Position numbers and translations under genes: made by a program
Sequence record: OR836606.1
Reading direction: 5' to 3' (one strand)
Length of the DNA: 64,000 bases
In this document: positions 52,479-62,170 of the stretch, piece after piece
Layout: every line of letters starts with the position of its first letter
How positions within the stretch are numbered: the stretch's first letter is position 1
The notes under the pieces: generated by a model
What the model was told of the DNA's origin: nothing
Databases searched by the model: none
What the model saw: only the letters and a program-made list of their open reading frames with translations

Positions 52479-53087
52479 CTATTTGCTTTTTTTGTCTTTA
52501 TTCAATTTATTATATTCTTTTAAATAAATATTGAAGATTTCATTATAAGTATTTTCAAACTTCTTATAAAGTTTTTTACATTTATCAGCATCAATATTAT
52601 TTATAAATTTATTGTTAAATAAATTAATACTGTCAATTAAACTGTCTAAGTTATTTGAAGTTTGTATTGTAATTTCATTCATTTTTTCTTTTTCATTTTT
52701 ATCAAATAATTTCATATTTTTTTCATTTATAATATCTTTAAATTTTAATGAAACAGATATCAAATCATTTAGTTTATTAAATATTTGTAATTTTAGATAT
52801 TTATCAGAATTAGTTTCTTTAGGTTCATTATTTTCTTCTTCAGATTGATCATCTTCATTATTGTTATCTTGACTATCTTCTTCGGTTTCTGTATTTTCTT
52901 CTGAAGATTCTTCATTATCACTATTGGCATCTTCAGAACTTGTATCATCTGTATTAGTATCTGGAGAATCATTATTAGTTTCATCATCTTCAGCTTCATT
53001 AAGAATATTATTACCATTTAATAATTTTTTAATTGATTCAGATAAAAGATCTCTATTATTAATAGTCATATGATGACCCACTATCAT
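52479..53087 (-). CDS. Acidic hypothetical protein, possible scaffold/internal head protein
   Basis: ILNEAEDD then acidic low-complexity tract; head gene cluster. Confidence 0.6.
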   Translation of the reverse strand: MIVGHHMTINNRDLLSESIKKLLNGNNILNEAEDDETNNDSPDTNTDDTSSEDANSDNEESSEENTETEEDSQDNNNEDDQSEEENNEPKETNSDKYLKLQIFNKLNDLISVSLKFKDIINEKNMKLFDKNEKEKMNEITIQTSNNLDSLIDSINLFNNKFINNIDADKCKKLYKKFENTYNEIFNIYLKEYNKLNKDKKSK

Positions 53088-54078
53088 TTACATCTCCACG
53101 AGAAATCGCATTCTTAGTTTTTTCAATAGATTTCTTTTGGAAATTAGCTTTCTTAAGTTGAACTTCTAAATCTGATTTTAATATTCTTAATTCTTTTCTT
53201 TTTTCTTCATCATCAGTTGAATCAATTCTGTTTTCTAAAGTTTGAATTCTTTCTTCTAATACAATGATAAGTCTATTAAGTTCATTACCTTTAGTTGCAT
53301 TATAAACAATTACAGTCAATAAACCTATTAAAGCCGTTTTAGCTTTACCAATACCTGCTGAACTAATTTTTAAACCAATACAGAATAAAATTCCAGTTAA
53401 TAGAGCTCTTACGAATCTAATACGATTAGCTTTAGCTAATTGTTTATCATTCATATTTTTAGAAGAAGCTGTTGCTTTTTTAACAGAGCTAATTAATTTA
53501 TTTAAATTTTTTTCAGCAACTTTGGGGTCTTTAGAAGTTTCAAAACTACTATCAAGACCATCAAGATAATCTTCATCATCGTCATCATCATAAGCTTCAT
53601 TAAGATAATTCATATTACCCTCCATTAAGAAGTTAATAACAGCTTTTCTTTCTAATTTAGAATCAGCAGGGCTTTCAGCTAGTGCTACAGTCAATTGTTT
53701 AAAATTAAATTCTGTATTAATATTAGAACTAAAATCTTCTTTATATAAACTATCTATGTATCCGTTATTTGGGACACGTTTATTAATATAAAGAGTGTTA
53801 TATTTATCTTTTAAAAATTCTATTTTATGAAGAACCATATTAACTGCCATTTCAGACTGTTCATTTTCAATTTCAAATCTTTCTAACGAATCTTTTAAAG
53901 TAACAAGATATTTAACAGATTTTCTAACTTGATCGCTTGTAAAAGAATCCACATCTGCATACTTTTCAATGTCAATTAATTTATCATATAAATCAACAGG
54001 AAAAGAATCATTATCTGTTTGTTCTATGAAATATTTTAAATCACTTTCTACTTCATTGAAATTCTTCAAGTATTTCAC
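53059..54078 (-). CDS. Hypothetical head-cluster protein (339 aa)
   Basis: YLNEAYDD motif, hydrophobic hairpin, coiled-coil C-terminus. Confidence 0.7.
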   Translation of the reverse strand: MKYLKNFNEVESDLKYFIEQTDNDSFPVDLYDKLIDIEKYADVDSFTSDQVRKSVKYLVTLKDSLERFEIENEQSEMAVNMVLHKIEFLKDKYNTLYINKRVPNNGYIDSLYKEDFSSNINTEFNFKQLTVALAESPADSKLERKAVINFLMEGNMNYLNEAYDDDDDEDYLDGLDSSFETSKDPKVAEKNLNKLISSVKKATASSKNMNDKQLAKANRIRFVRALLTGILFCIGLKISSAGIGKAKTALIGLLTVIVYNATKGNELNRLIIVLEERIQTLENRIDSTDDEEKRKELRILKSDLEVQLKKANFQKKSIEKTKNAISRGDVNDSGSSYDY

Positions 54079-54106
54079 ATCCTATTCATATTTTCATTAA
54101 GGTTAA

Positions 54107-54144
54107 TATTCTATTGTTAAAATTGCTTATCAAACATTTAAATA
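54107..54144. promoter_or_regulatory. Divergent pair of candidate late promoters
   Basis: AACAATAGAATA (minus, 54107-54118) and AACATTTAAATA (plus, 54133-54144) between divergent head genes. Confidence 0.5.
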
Positions 54145-54180
54145 TTCTAAATTTAATATATGAAAGGAAGTTAAATAAAT

Positions 54181-55542
54181 ATGTCTAAAGATATAAAAGC
54201 TTATCTTATTAATGAATCTAACACAACTTCTCAACCAGAAGTAGTTCAAGATAATAATAAATCGGTTAGATTCATTGCTGAGTTACAAGAAGCTGATAGA
54301 CAAAACCGTAATGGTCGTGTTTATCGTAAAGATGTTATTCAAAGTGGTTTAGATAGTCCAGTAATACAAGAAAAATTAGCAAGAAAAACTTTTTATGGTG
54401 AGTTTTAGGTTAAATGGCTCACATTAAATTATATTAATTGCTGGAAAAGATTATTATCTTAATCAGCATCAACTTAATACAAGTTGTTCAACGACTAAAT
54501 ATATAGCCTAGATGATATAGTCTAACCTTTATTAAAATGATAAAGAATAATAATTTGCAGGACATCCTTTAAGTGATGAACCTAAACGACAAATGTATAT
54601 TGATCAACGTAATATTTCTCATATCGTTACTAGAACATGGTGGAATGGTAATAAATTAATGGCAGAAGTAGAAACGGCACAAACAGCAGCTGGTAAAGAT
54701 ATGAAAGGTTTAATCGGACAAAAGTCTGACGTATCTTTCTCAATGCGTGGTTTCAGTAAAATTAATAGAACACCTTCTGGCGAAGTTGAAGTTACTAAAC
54801 CTTTAAGATTAATCTGTTAAATTGTAGCAGCTTTATATAGAAATATATATTGAAAAAGAATATTAATTGCTAAGAAGTTTAATTAAGCCAATTAGCATCA
54901 ACTTAATACAAGTTGTTCAACGACTAAATATATTTACTCTTAATAAGAGTATGATATAGTCTAATCTTAATAGTAAGATCTATTAAGTTAATATAATGTA
55001 CGATAAAATAAACCTTGTCGCTTCTTAAAGCAATTTAAGAATGATAAAACTATTAATTGCTAAAATCTTTTATTAAAGTAATTAGCATCAACTTAATAAA
55101 AGTTGTTCAAAGACTAAATATAGTTTATCCTTTTATAGGATAATGATATAGTCTGATCTATATTATACTAATATAGATAACATAAATGTGGGTAGTAATT
55201 CCATCTCATCAAGATTCTTACATTCAAAATATTATTTCAGAAGGACACAATAATTATAATCCTAATGATTTACAAATGGTAAATGAATCAATTGATATGT
55301 TCACTAATGGTAAAATTACTGAATTTTCTCCTAGAGAAGTTTTAACTTATATTAAAGAAAATTCAGATAATGTAAAATACATTGCTGAAGATATGGGGTT
55401 TGCTGGAGTTGATGAATCTAATATCAGTTATGATAAAGGATCTCAATTAGCTTCAATTAGAGAAAGTAATAAAACTATTAAAGTTTTCTTAGAAGAATCT
55501 GTTCTTAATGGACTTGATGATTTCTATAGAAACTTTAAATAA
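54181..55542 (+). CDS. Prohead (capsid maturation) protease, spliced from four exons (54181-54403, 54558-54817, 54999-55004, 55189-55542; 280 aa)
   Basis: ADRQNRNGRVY; spliced YGESGHP (catalytic His), FSMRG (Ser), LICYDWVVIPSH (Asp); exon sum 843 nt in frame. Confidence 0.9.
54404..54557 (+). ncRNA. Miniature group I intron P1 in prohead protease (154 nt)
   Basis: P1 GUGAGU/GGCUCAC; AAUUGCUGGAAA, AAUCAGCAUC, GUUCAACGACUAAA, GAUAUAGUCU; terminal G. Confidence 0.88.
54818..54998 (+). ncRNA. Miniature group I intron P2 in prohead protease (181 nt)
   Basis: P1 CUGU/GCAG; P4 variant UGCUA/UAGCA; R and S motifs; ends AUG. Confidence 0.88.
55005..55188 (+). ncRNA. Miniature group I intron P3 in prohead protease (184 nt)
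   Basis: P1 CGAU/GUCG; P4 UGCUA/UAGCA; R GUUCAAAGACUAAA; S GAUAUAGUCU; ends AUG. Confidence 0.88.
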
Positions 55543-55566
55543 TATGTATGGATGTGATTAAAGGTT

Positions 55567-56280
55567 ATGTTAACCAATACAGAAATACTTAATTATATTG
55601 AACGTGATGTAGGTTTCATGTTCACTGATTTAGAATTAAAACCTGATGATATTATTAAAACAGTGGAAAGATTCACTATTCCTACATTTAGTAAATTTCA
55701 TCCTAAACAAGAAAGAGTAATTGTAAAACCAGAAGATAAAGTAGAAGGTACTACAAATATATATTATATTGATTCTGAAAATCCTATAGTTAATATTAAT
55801 AGAGTAATTGGAGCTAATAATCCTATTACTAATTTAACAGGGTATGCAGGTAACATGAGCTCTTATGCAGGATTTGCTATGGGTAACCCAATTGATGGAC
55901 AAATGATGTCTGATTTAATGGCGATCAATTTATCTCCATCTACTTTTAGATATCATCATCCTAATAAAATAGAAATATTGAATTCTGCTGTAATCGGTTC
56001 AGTTAATTTACTAATTGTTCTAAATACTTATCATGATAAACATTTTGGTTCTATACCAAATAATATGCATGATTATTTCTTAGAATTAGCTTCTTATGAT
56101 GTTCAAATATCATTATATGCTATGAGAAGTAGATTCCAGAACTTACAAACTACTTTTGGAGAGTTAAATCTTAATATGGATGATTTACGTGAAGCAAAAG
56201 ATAAACGTAAAGAATTAGTAGAAAAGATGGAAAATTATTCTATATTTAATAGTAACAGAAAGAAATTATATTTCGGTTAA
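55567..56280 (+). CDS. Putative neck/head-completion protein (237 aa)
   Basis: Follows the protease in the head cluster; function inferred from position only. Confidence 0.45.
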   Translation: MLTNTEILNYIERDVGFMFTDLELKPDDIIKTVERFTIPTFSKFHPKQERVIVKPEDKVEGTTNIYYIDSENPIVNINRVIGANNPITNLTGYAGNMSSYAGFAMGNPIDGQMMSDLMAINLSPSTFRYHHPNKIEILNSAVIGSVNLLIVLNTYHDKHFGSIPNNMHDYFLELASYDVQISLYAMRSRFQNLQTTFGELNLNMDDLREAKDKRKELVEKMENYSIFNSNRKKLYFG

Positions 56281-56287
56281 TAAAATA

Positions 56288-56317
56288 CCCCAATACCATT
56301 TTTCTATGGTATTGGGG
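56288..56317 (+). terminator. Intrinsic terminator
   Basis: CCCCAATACCAT/ATGGTATTGGGG then T tract. Confidence 0.8.
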
Positions 56318-56649
56318 ATTTATTTTTTATTTATATAAGGAGTAAATCATAAATAAAGATTAAAATAGAAATTTAATCATTAAGCGAGCAATTTTTTATT
56401 ATAAAAACTTAATACGCTAATATATTGTAAGTTATTTATAAATTTGACATGGCAGTTTGTCCAATAAAGCTTATAAGCTTTATCAAATTAGCTAAAAAAA
56501 TTATAAATAGCAAAGTTTTATACTATACGAAGTTAATAGCAAAATGACTTTGAAATCAGAGCACAAACATAAGACAAAACAAAAGGTAAAACAATATAGA
56601 AATCTAAATTTCTATATTTATATTGTTAGTAACAAAATATAAATAAATT

Positions 56650-57273
56650 TTATTTCATTACATTATAAATATTAAATTGATTTTTTAATCGCTGTTTATC
56701 AAATCTATTCATAGGTTTAGTTTCAAAACGATTTTCATCAAGATGATCGAGATAATCATCTCTATAAATTTCATCTAACAATTTTATCTCATGAAAACTT
56801 AATCTATGTCTTTTACATAAAGGTACTAGTAATTTATCTGCTAAATGTTTAAACATACGCGTATCAGGGTTATATAAATTAAAATCATCAGCTATAGCTA
56901 TTAAAAGACTATTCCTATACTTCTGAGGTATAATTCCTTTATCTGCTAATTCTTGAAGATAATAACTAGGTTTATAATCAGATAATCCTTCCATAACAGC
57001 GTAATCTTTATCTATCAATTCTACATAATAGTGCATAGGTAATGCTCTAATATTAGCATGTCTAATTAGATAATTCTGAACTTTACCCCAAGAATATTTA
57101 TAAGATCCTTTAAGTAAATCTCTATCACTAAATTTATTTTCCTTAAGTATTAAATTATTCATATGAGTAATTATTACATGTGTTTGAAAAGTATTACTTC
57201 TTCTTCGTCTATCTTGTTTAATTTCATAATACATTTTTTTAGTAACCTCGTTTCTAACAATAACTAATTGCAT
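56650..57273 (-). CDS. Hypothetical protein with possible degenerate amidase-2-like fold
   Basis: VIITHM, PMHYYV, LLIAIADDFN patterns; weak. Confidence 0.4.
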   Translation of the reverse strand: MQLVIVRNEVTKKMYYEIKQDRRRRSNTFQTHVIITHMNNLILKENKFSDRDLLKGSYKYSWGKVQNYLIRHANIRALPMHYYVELIDKDYAVMEGLSDYKPSYYLQELADKGIIPQKYRNSLLIAIADDFNLYNPDTRMFKHLADKLLVPLCKRHRLSFHEIKLLDEIYRDDYLDHLDENRFETKPMNRFDKQRLKNQFNIYNVMK

Positions 57274-57922
57274 TGTATTTTTCTATTAATTTGTTAAATG
57301 TAATTGGGCCAACTTCTCCATCTTGTTTAAGGTTATTATCTTTTTGGAATTGTAATAATGATTCTAACATAGTTCTATCGAATATATAGTTTTTACTATC
57401 ATATTTATTGACAGAATATCCTAGACCATACAATGTTATTCCTACTACATTAACGTCATTTCCTGTCATGTTTTCTTCTCTATACATAAGCAATCTATAA
57501 TAATTCCCTTTTATTTGTCTTCTATTAGGAATATGAGGTTCTTCAGGTTTATATTTTCTTGGAAGATGCATGTCATAATAGTATGGAAATTTAGGATTTC
57601 CATTATGGAATTTAAGTAAAACTCTGTCATATAATTCAGGTTTTCTTAAAGGTTTATCAAGATCATTATTCATCAAAGGTTGACAAACTAAATAATTTCC
57701 AATATCAATATTCTCAGATATATTTAAATCTTCTATATTGATAATATTCGATGCATATAGGTTTCTTTTGATATTTCTTGGGGAATCCTGCAAGTTAGTC
57801 ATTATCAGCTCAAACACAAATAGCTTAACTTCATATTTTGTATCAAAATCTGAGTTATCTATAACTACGGCTTCAAAATCCCTTCCGAAGTCAAATTCTT
57901 TAAACGATTTTTTATAATTCAT
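57254..57922 (-). CDS. Baseplate hub-like protein: gp5-type OB-fold N-terminus + peptidoglycan-binding domain
   Basis: VIDNSDF..KPELYDRVLLKFHNGNPKFPYY (gp5 OB pattern); C-terminal LLQFQKDNNLKQDGEVGPITF (PG_binding_1). Confidence 0.6.
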   Translation of the reverse strand: MNYKKSFKEFDFGRDFEAVVIDNSDFDTKYEVKLFVFELIMTNLQDSPRNIKRNLYASNIINIEDLNISENIDIGNYLVCQPLMNNDLDKPLRKPELYDRVLLKFHNGNPKFPYYYDMHLPRKYKPEEPHIPNRRQIKGNYYRLLMYREENMTGNDVNVVGITLYGLGYSVNKYDSKNYIFDRTMLESLLQFQKDNNLKQDGEVGPITFNKLIEKYNAISYC

Positions 57923-57991
57923 AGTATCTTCATCAATGCTCCTTTTTTCTATAAATTTTTTCTATAATGTAAGTACTGGAGGAAAACGCTA

Positions 57992-58210
57992 TTGATACAG
58001 CTTATTATCCTTTGCCTCTTAATATATTTCTTATTGATAAGTCTACCATTAATTATAAGAACTAAATTAATTCTTAATTATTTAGAAGACATATCTATAA
58101 GAATTAATATAATAGAAAAAGAAAATAGAAATCAAAGAAAAATAATAGATAAATTATCTACTTTTAATGAAATCTTGTTAGAAGAGATAAAAGAACAAGA
58201 TAAAAAATAA
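57992..58210 (+). CDS. Small membrane protein
   Basis: N-terminal hydrophobic helix followed by a charged coil; SD GGAGG; followed by terminator. Confidence 0.65.
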   Translation: MIQLIILCLLIYFLLISLPLIIRTKLILNYLEDISIRINIIEKENRNQRKIIDKLSTFNEILLEEIKEQDKK

Positions 58211-58214
58211 ATAT

Positions 58215-58244
58215 ACCACAACGATATCAATTTATCGTTGTGGT
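58215..58244. terminator. Bidirectional terminator
   Basis: ACCACAACGATA/TATCGTTGTGGT between convergent genes. Confidence 0.8.
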
Positions 58245-58251
58245 TATTTTA

Positions 58252-59088
58252 TTAAATATAAATAATATATTCTATATCTAATCCATCTGATAAGTTCTTC
58301 AAAGAACGACTATCAAATGTAAGTCTTGTAGCCAATTCAGTACCATCAAATTTATTTTCATTTTCATTATATTTAGCTAACCATAAACCTAACTCATTTA
58401 CAATAGAACCTCTAGCTTCATCTGGTTCCACTGACATTTTTAATGAAAATGCAACTGATCCATCTTCATTATCAATAATCCATCCTTTTGAATCTCCAAG
58501 AGGATTTTCTTTAGTCGCATTAGTAAAACGTTTACCATAGAAACTAGTAGTTCCATCTTGTTTATCTTCAGGGAGATAATATTTTTTTCTCTGTTCTTCA
58601 GATAATTCTTCAATCATACTAGGATTATTTGCAGTTAAATCGGAATTTTCTTTATCCGGATTTTCTACTACAAATGGAATTGGTCTGTTTAATTTTTGAT
58701 CTGAATACTTAACCGTATAAGGTGAAAAGGCGGCATTGTTAACATCCGCACCACCTGACCCAATTGAAAATAAACAAATTGTACGATCAGGGGTATCATC
58801 TGCATTATAATTTGAAGGTACACCTTTACCAAATAATTTTTCTAATAACCAAACACGAGTTCTCATTAAAACTAAATTTTCTTCTTGATGTATTAATTCA
58901 CCCGTTTTAGGATTAGAAAATTTAACAATACCTTTAATATAATTCCCGATATTTTCTTTAAAATCTGATTTGTTATCAATAGCATTAGACACTCTTGATT
59001 CTACTCTTGAGCTTATCTCATCTATTTTTTCTTGTTCCATAGCTTTACTTTCAACAAGTCTTCTTGAAAATCTATCAAAATTAAACAA
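58252..59088 (-). CDS. Putative baseplate structural protein (278 aa)
   Basis: EENLVL, VNELGLW, TRLTF patterns typical of baseplate/tail-collar genes; context. Confidence 0.5.
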   Translation of the reverse strand: MFNFDRFSRRLVESKAMEQEKIDEISSRVESRVSNAIDNKSDFKENIGNYIKGIVKFSNPKTGELIHQEENLVLMRTRVWLLEKLFGKGVPSNYNADDTPDRTICLFSIGSGGADVNNAAFSPYTVKYSDQKLNRPIPFVVENPDKENSDLTANNPSMIEELSEEQRKKYYLPEDKQDGTTSFYGKRFTNATKENPLGDSKGWIIDNEDGSVAFSLKMSVEPDEARGSIVNELGLWLAKYNENENKFDGTELATRLTFDSRSLKNLSDGLDIEYIIYI

Positions 59089-59092
59089 GCTT

Positions 59093-61657
59093 TTAATCTC
59101 CCTTCTTAACTATTGAGAATTTCAGTTCATCTCTAATCTCAATATTTTCTTTTCTATTAATTTTGTCAGTAATATTTTTATTATCAAGCGTATTTATTTT
59201 ATCTACTTTTTTAGAGTTTCCATTATATTTAATATTAGATTCATCTATCAAATTTATACTATTTTCAAATTTATCATCTAATTTAAATAATAGACTAGTA
59301 TAAATTAAATCAGTTGAATAGGATTTAAATAATGTAATTAAAATAGTGATATAGTCTCTGATAAAATTAACTATACCTACAAAATTACTATTAGTAAAAT
59401 ACTGTTCTTTTAAATTTAAATGGTTATCAATACTGCTGACTAATTCAAAAATCCGTTCTCTAAAAATAGTTTCTCTATCAAATGTATCTTCATCGTATAT
59501 TTCCGATTCTACAATAGTATAATAATACAAATCAGGTTCTTTAAATTTAAGATAATCTGAATAAGTCTTAAAACCATTAAATACATCATTACTAGAATTA
59601 TTAATAAATAGTTGTTTATGCAGTGTAATAAATTTTTTTCTTAAATGTGGATCATCTGCATTATATATTAGTTCTTCTAGTTCTTTACGGAATTTCTCAT
59701 TATGTTTATACATATCAATAATATCATAAATATTTATTAAGTCTTTATCAGAATCATCGTAAACTAATATATCTGAAATATATGATTTTAATGCAGGATA
59801 TCTAGATATTTGTTTTTTAGAAGTGTATTGATTATTTTTAATTGAATAATCTATAGATTTCCTAATTGCATTAACTATATTTTCGATAGTTTCTCCATTT
59901 TTATTATCTTTATATCTTTTATATGATTCATTTAAAAATCTAACATTCATAACTTTAACAAAATCTTTTAATTCTTTATCAATTGAATCATCTTCAATCA
60001 TTATTTTATATACATCTTCTCTATTAATTCTTCCATCTCTTACCATTACATTTAAGAATTTCTTATATATTTTCATAAAGTTTTCATAATAAGAAATATT
60101 TTTAAATAAAAAGTTTCTTTCTGGTTTTGATATTTGAGTCCATAAATATCTCATGCCATCAATGATTAAATCATTTTCAATATAATATTCTAATTGTGTT
60201 GATCCATTTTCACCAGTTAGCATTTCAGAAATAAATTTAAATTGTCTTTGAGCTAAATCAGAAGATTCATATTCATTTATAATATCTTCATAACTTAATG
60301 TATTTCTATTTTTAAATTTCTTAATATTAAGAAAATTTAGTTCTCTAGCAAAAACGATATAATCCGATTTATCAAATTGTCTAGAATAAATATAACTACG
60401 AATATCATCTACAGTTTCTTTTATATCTGAATTAAAATTATACGCATATATATTCATATTTTTATCATTTTTAATTCTATCATTCCATTTAATATAATTT
60501 ATGACAAGAGTATTAAGCGTAACAATTCCGTCAAAAACATTAAACTTCCTAGAACTAATTCTTGTATTAGTCATATTAAAACTATCATCTTCAATAATAT
60601 TTTTATCTTCTTTCATTGAGTTAATTAAACTGTATAGAAATGATAAAGATTTACTATTATTAATTATATCTATGACAGCATCAGTAGAAAGATATTTAGT
60701 TTGTATTACGTTAAATGCTTTATCCATAATTTCTTCTTTAGTATTTCTCCAATATGGATCAAGATCAACAATTTCATTGTAACTATACTGATTATCTTTA
60801 TATGGATTAAAATTGTCATTTACATTGGTTTTATAAAATTTTAAATCATTTGAATGTTTAGCTAAGTAATATTTATTAATATCAATAGAATTAATAGAGA
60901 ATATTTCTTCAATTATAGGAAATATTTCATTAGTGCCTTTATTTCTAATTAATTCATTTAATCTCTTGTAAGTTCTTCTTTGATATTCAAGCGGGAACTC
61001 GTCAAAATAATCCAAACCATTAGATATAAATGCATTTTTAAGATCCCTCTTTGTATATCTATCAACATCAAATATTCTATACATAGTTTTATTAATATAT
61101 CTATGTAAAGTTGCATTAATTAGATACATATAAAACATTTCTCTGTAATATATTTGATTATTAAATGCTCTAGTGTGAGTTACTTTTTTAAAATATTCAA
61201 CTGATTCTGTATAGCTTTCCAATAATAAAGATTCTTCTTTACTATCTAGAGTCTTATTAAGTGCCTTTATTATTTGAAAATCACTAGTCGTTCTTGAATC
61301 GTACGGATCAATATTATATAAATTTTTTAACTTACCATAATATGGATTTTTTTCTTTATATGTTCTTAATATACTATCTCTATCGAAAACTGAATAATAA
61401 TCGTCAAGAGTGTTATCTTTAGCTCTTATATATAAATCAGATTCCATCATTGAATCATTTGATTCTAATTTATCTGCCATTGATTGATCTTTAATAATTA
61501 GACCTTGACAATACTTAATGACATCATCTAAATTTTCTATATCTTCTTCAGTAAATGCTTTATAAAAATAGAGAGGATTGTATTTTCTTAAATCATCTTT
61601 ACTGAATCTATTAAAATCATTAAATTCTATAGCCATTATATCTCTTTTAATCCTCAC
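59093..61657 (-). CDS. Putative baseplate wedge protein (~850 aa)
   Basis: Long ORF with LIRNKGT motif typical of wedge proteins; likely start MAIEF at 61636. Confidence 0.5.
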   Translation of the reverse strand: MRIKRDIMAIEFNDFNRFSKDDLRKYNPLYFYKAFTEEDIENLDDVIKYCQGLIIKDQSMADKLESNDSMMESDLYIRAKDNTLDDYYSVFDRDSILRTYKEKNPYYGKLKNLYNIDPYDSRTTSDFQIIKALNKTLDSKEESLLLESYTESVEYFKKVTHTRAFNNQIYYREMFYMYLINATLHRYINKTMYRIFDVDRYTKRDLKNAFISNGLDYFDEFPLEYQRRTYKRLNELIRNKGTNEIFPIIEEIFSINSIDINKYYLAKHSNDLKFYKTNVNDNFNPYKDNQYSYNEIVDLDPYWRNTKEEIMDKAFNVIQTKYLSTDAVIDIINNSKSLSFLYSLINSMKEDKNIIEDDSFNMTNTRISSRKFNVFDGIVTLNTLVINYIKWNDRIKNDKNMNIYAYNFNSDIKETVDDIRSYIYSRQFDKSDYIVFARELNFLNIKKFKNRNTLSYEDIINEYESSDLAQRQFKFISEMLTGENGSTQLEYYIENDLIIDGMRYLWTQISKPERNFLFKNISYYENFMKIYKKFLNVMVRDGRINREDVYKIMIEDDSIDKELKDFVKVMNVRFLNESYKRYKDNKNGETIENIVNAIRKSIDYSIKNNQYTSKKQISRYPALKSYISDILVYDDSDKDLINIYDIIDMYKHNEKFRKELEELIYNADDPHLRKKFITLHKQLFINNSSNDVFNGFKTYSDYLKFKEPDLYYYTIVESEIYDEDTFDRETIFRERIFELVSSIDNHLNLKEQYFTNSNFVGIVNFIRDYITILITLFKSYSTDLIYTSLLFKLDDKFENSINLIDESNIKYNGNSKKVDKINTLDNKNITDKINRKENIEIRDELKFSIVKKGD

Positions 61658-61676
61658 TTTCTTATTTTATATTTAA

Positions 61677-61688
61677 TAAAAAGTTGTT
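61677..61688 (-). promoter_or_regulatory. Candidate late promoter AACA-N6-TA
   Basis: Minus strand AACAACTTTTTA. Confidence 0.45.
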
Positions 61689-62080
61689 AAGTAACATTAT
61701 ATATTTTATATAATATTTTAATTTATTATAAAGGTATCAGGATAATACATATATAAGAAATCTTCTTACAATTATATTAACTTGATATAGATTTATTAAA
61801 ACTTAATATTATAAAGAAGAATTAATATATTTATATTTAAATATAAATATATTAATTCACACTTTTAATTTTTTATAATTAAAGAATCTTTATTAAGTTA
61901 ATATAAATTACTGTATTTATTAATTTTATCATAATTTTTTTAATAATTGAATTAATAATTAATTATAGTTGCTTTTGAATAACTATTTAAATATAAATTT
62001 TTAATAAATTGATATAATAATTATATATAGATTAGTAAATAATAATTTTTAAAAATAAGGGGGATTAGGGGGTAGAAAAT

Positions 62081-62170
62081 TTTTTAATAAATATATTTTT
62101 AATTAATAAATTTTTAATAAATATATTTTTAATTAATAAATTTTTAATAAATATATTTTTAATTAATAAA
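62081..62170 (+). repeat. Three perfect tandem copies of a 30-bp A/T-only unit
   Basis: TTTTTAATAAATATATTTTTAATTAATAAA x3, preceded by GGGGGATTAGGGGG. Confidence 0.95.

Noticed and set aside
56500-56560. tracrRNA-like wording (AAATAGCAAAGTT)
   Set aside because: Too short, no anti-repeat partner or cas9; likely chance in AT-rich DNA
62081-62170. CRISPR array
   Set aside because: Repeats are directly adjacent with no spacers, and no cas genes are present
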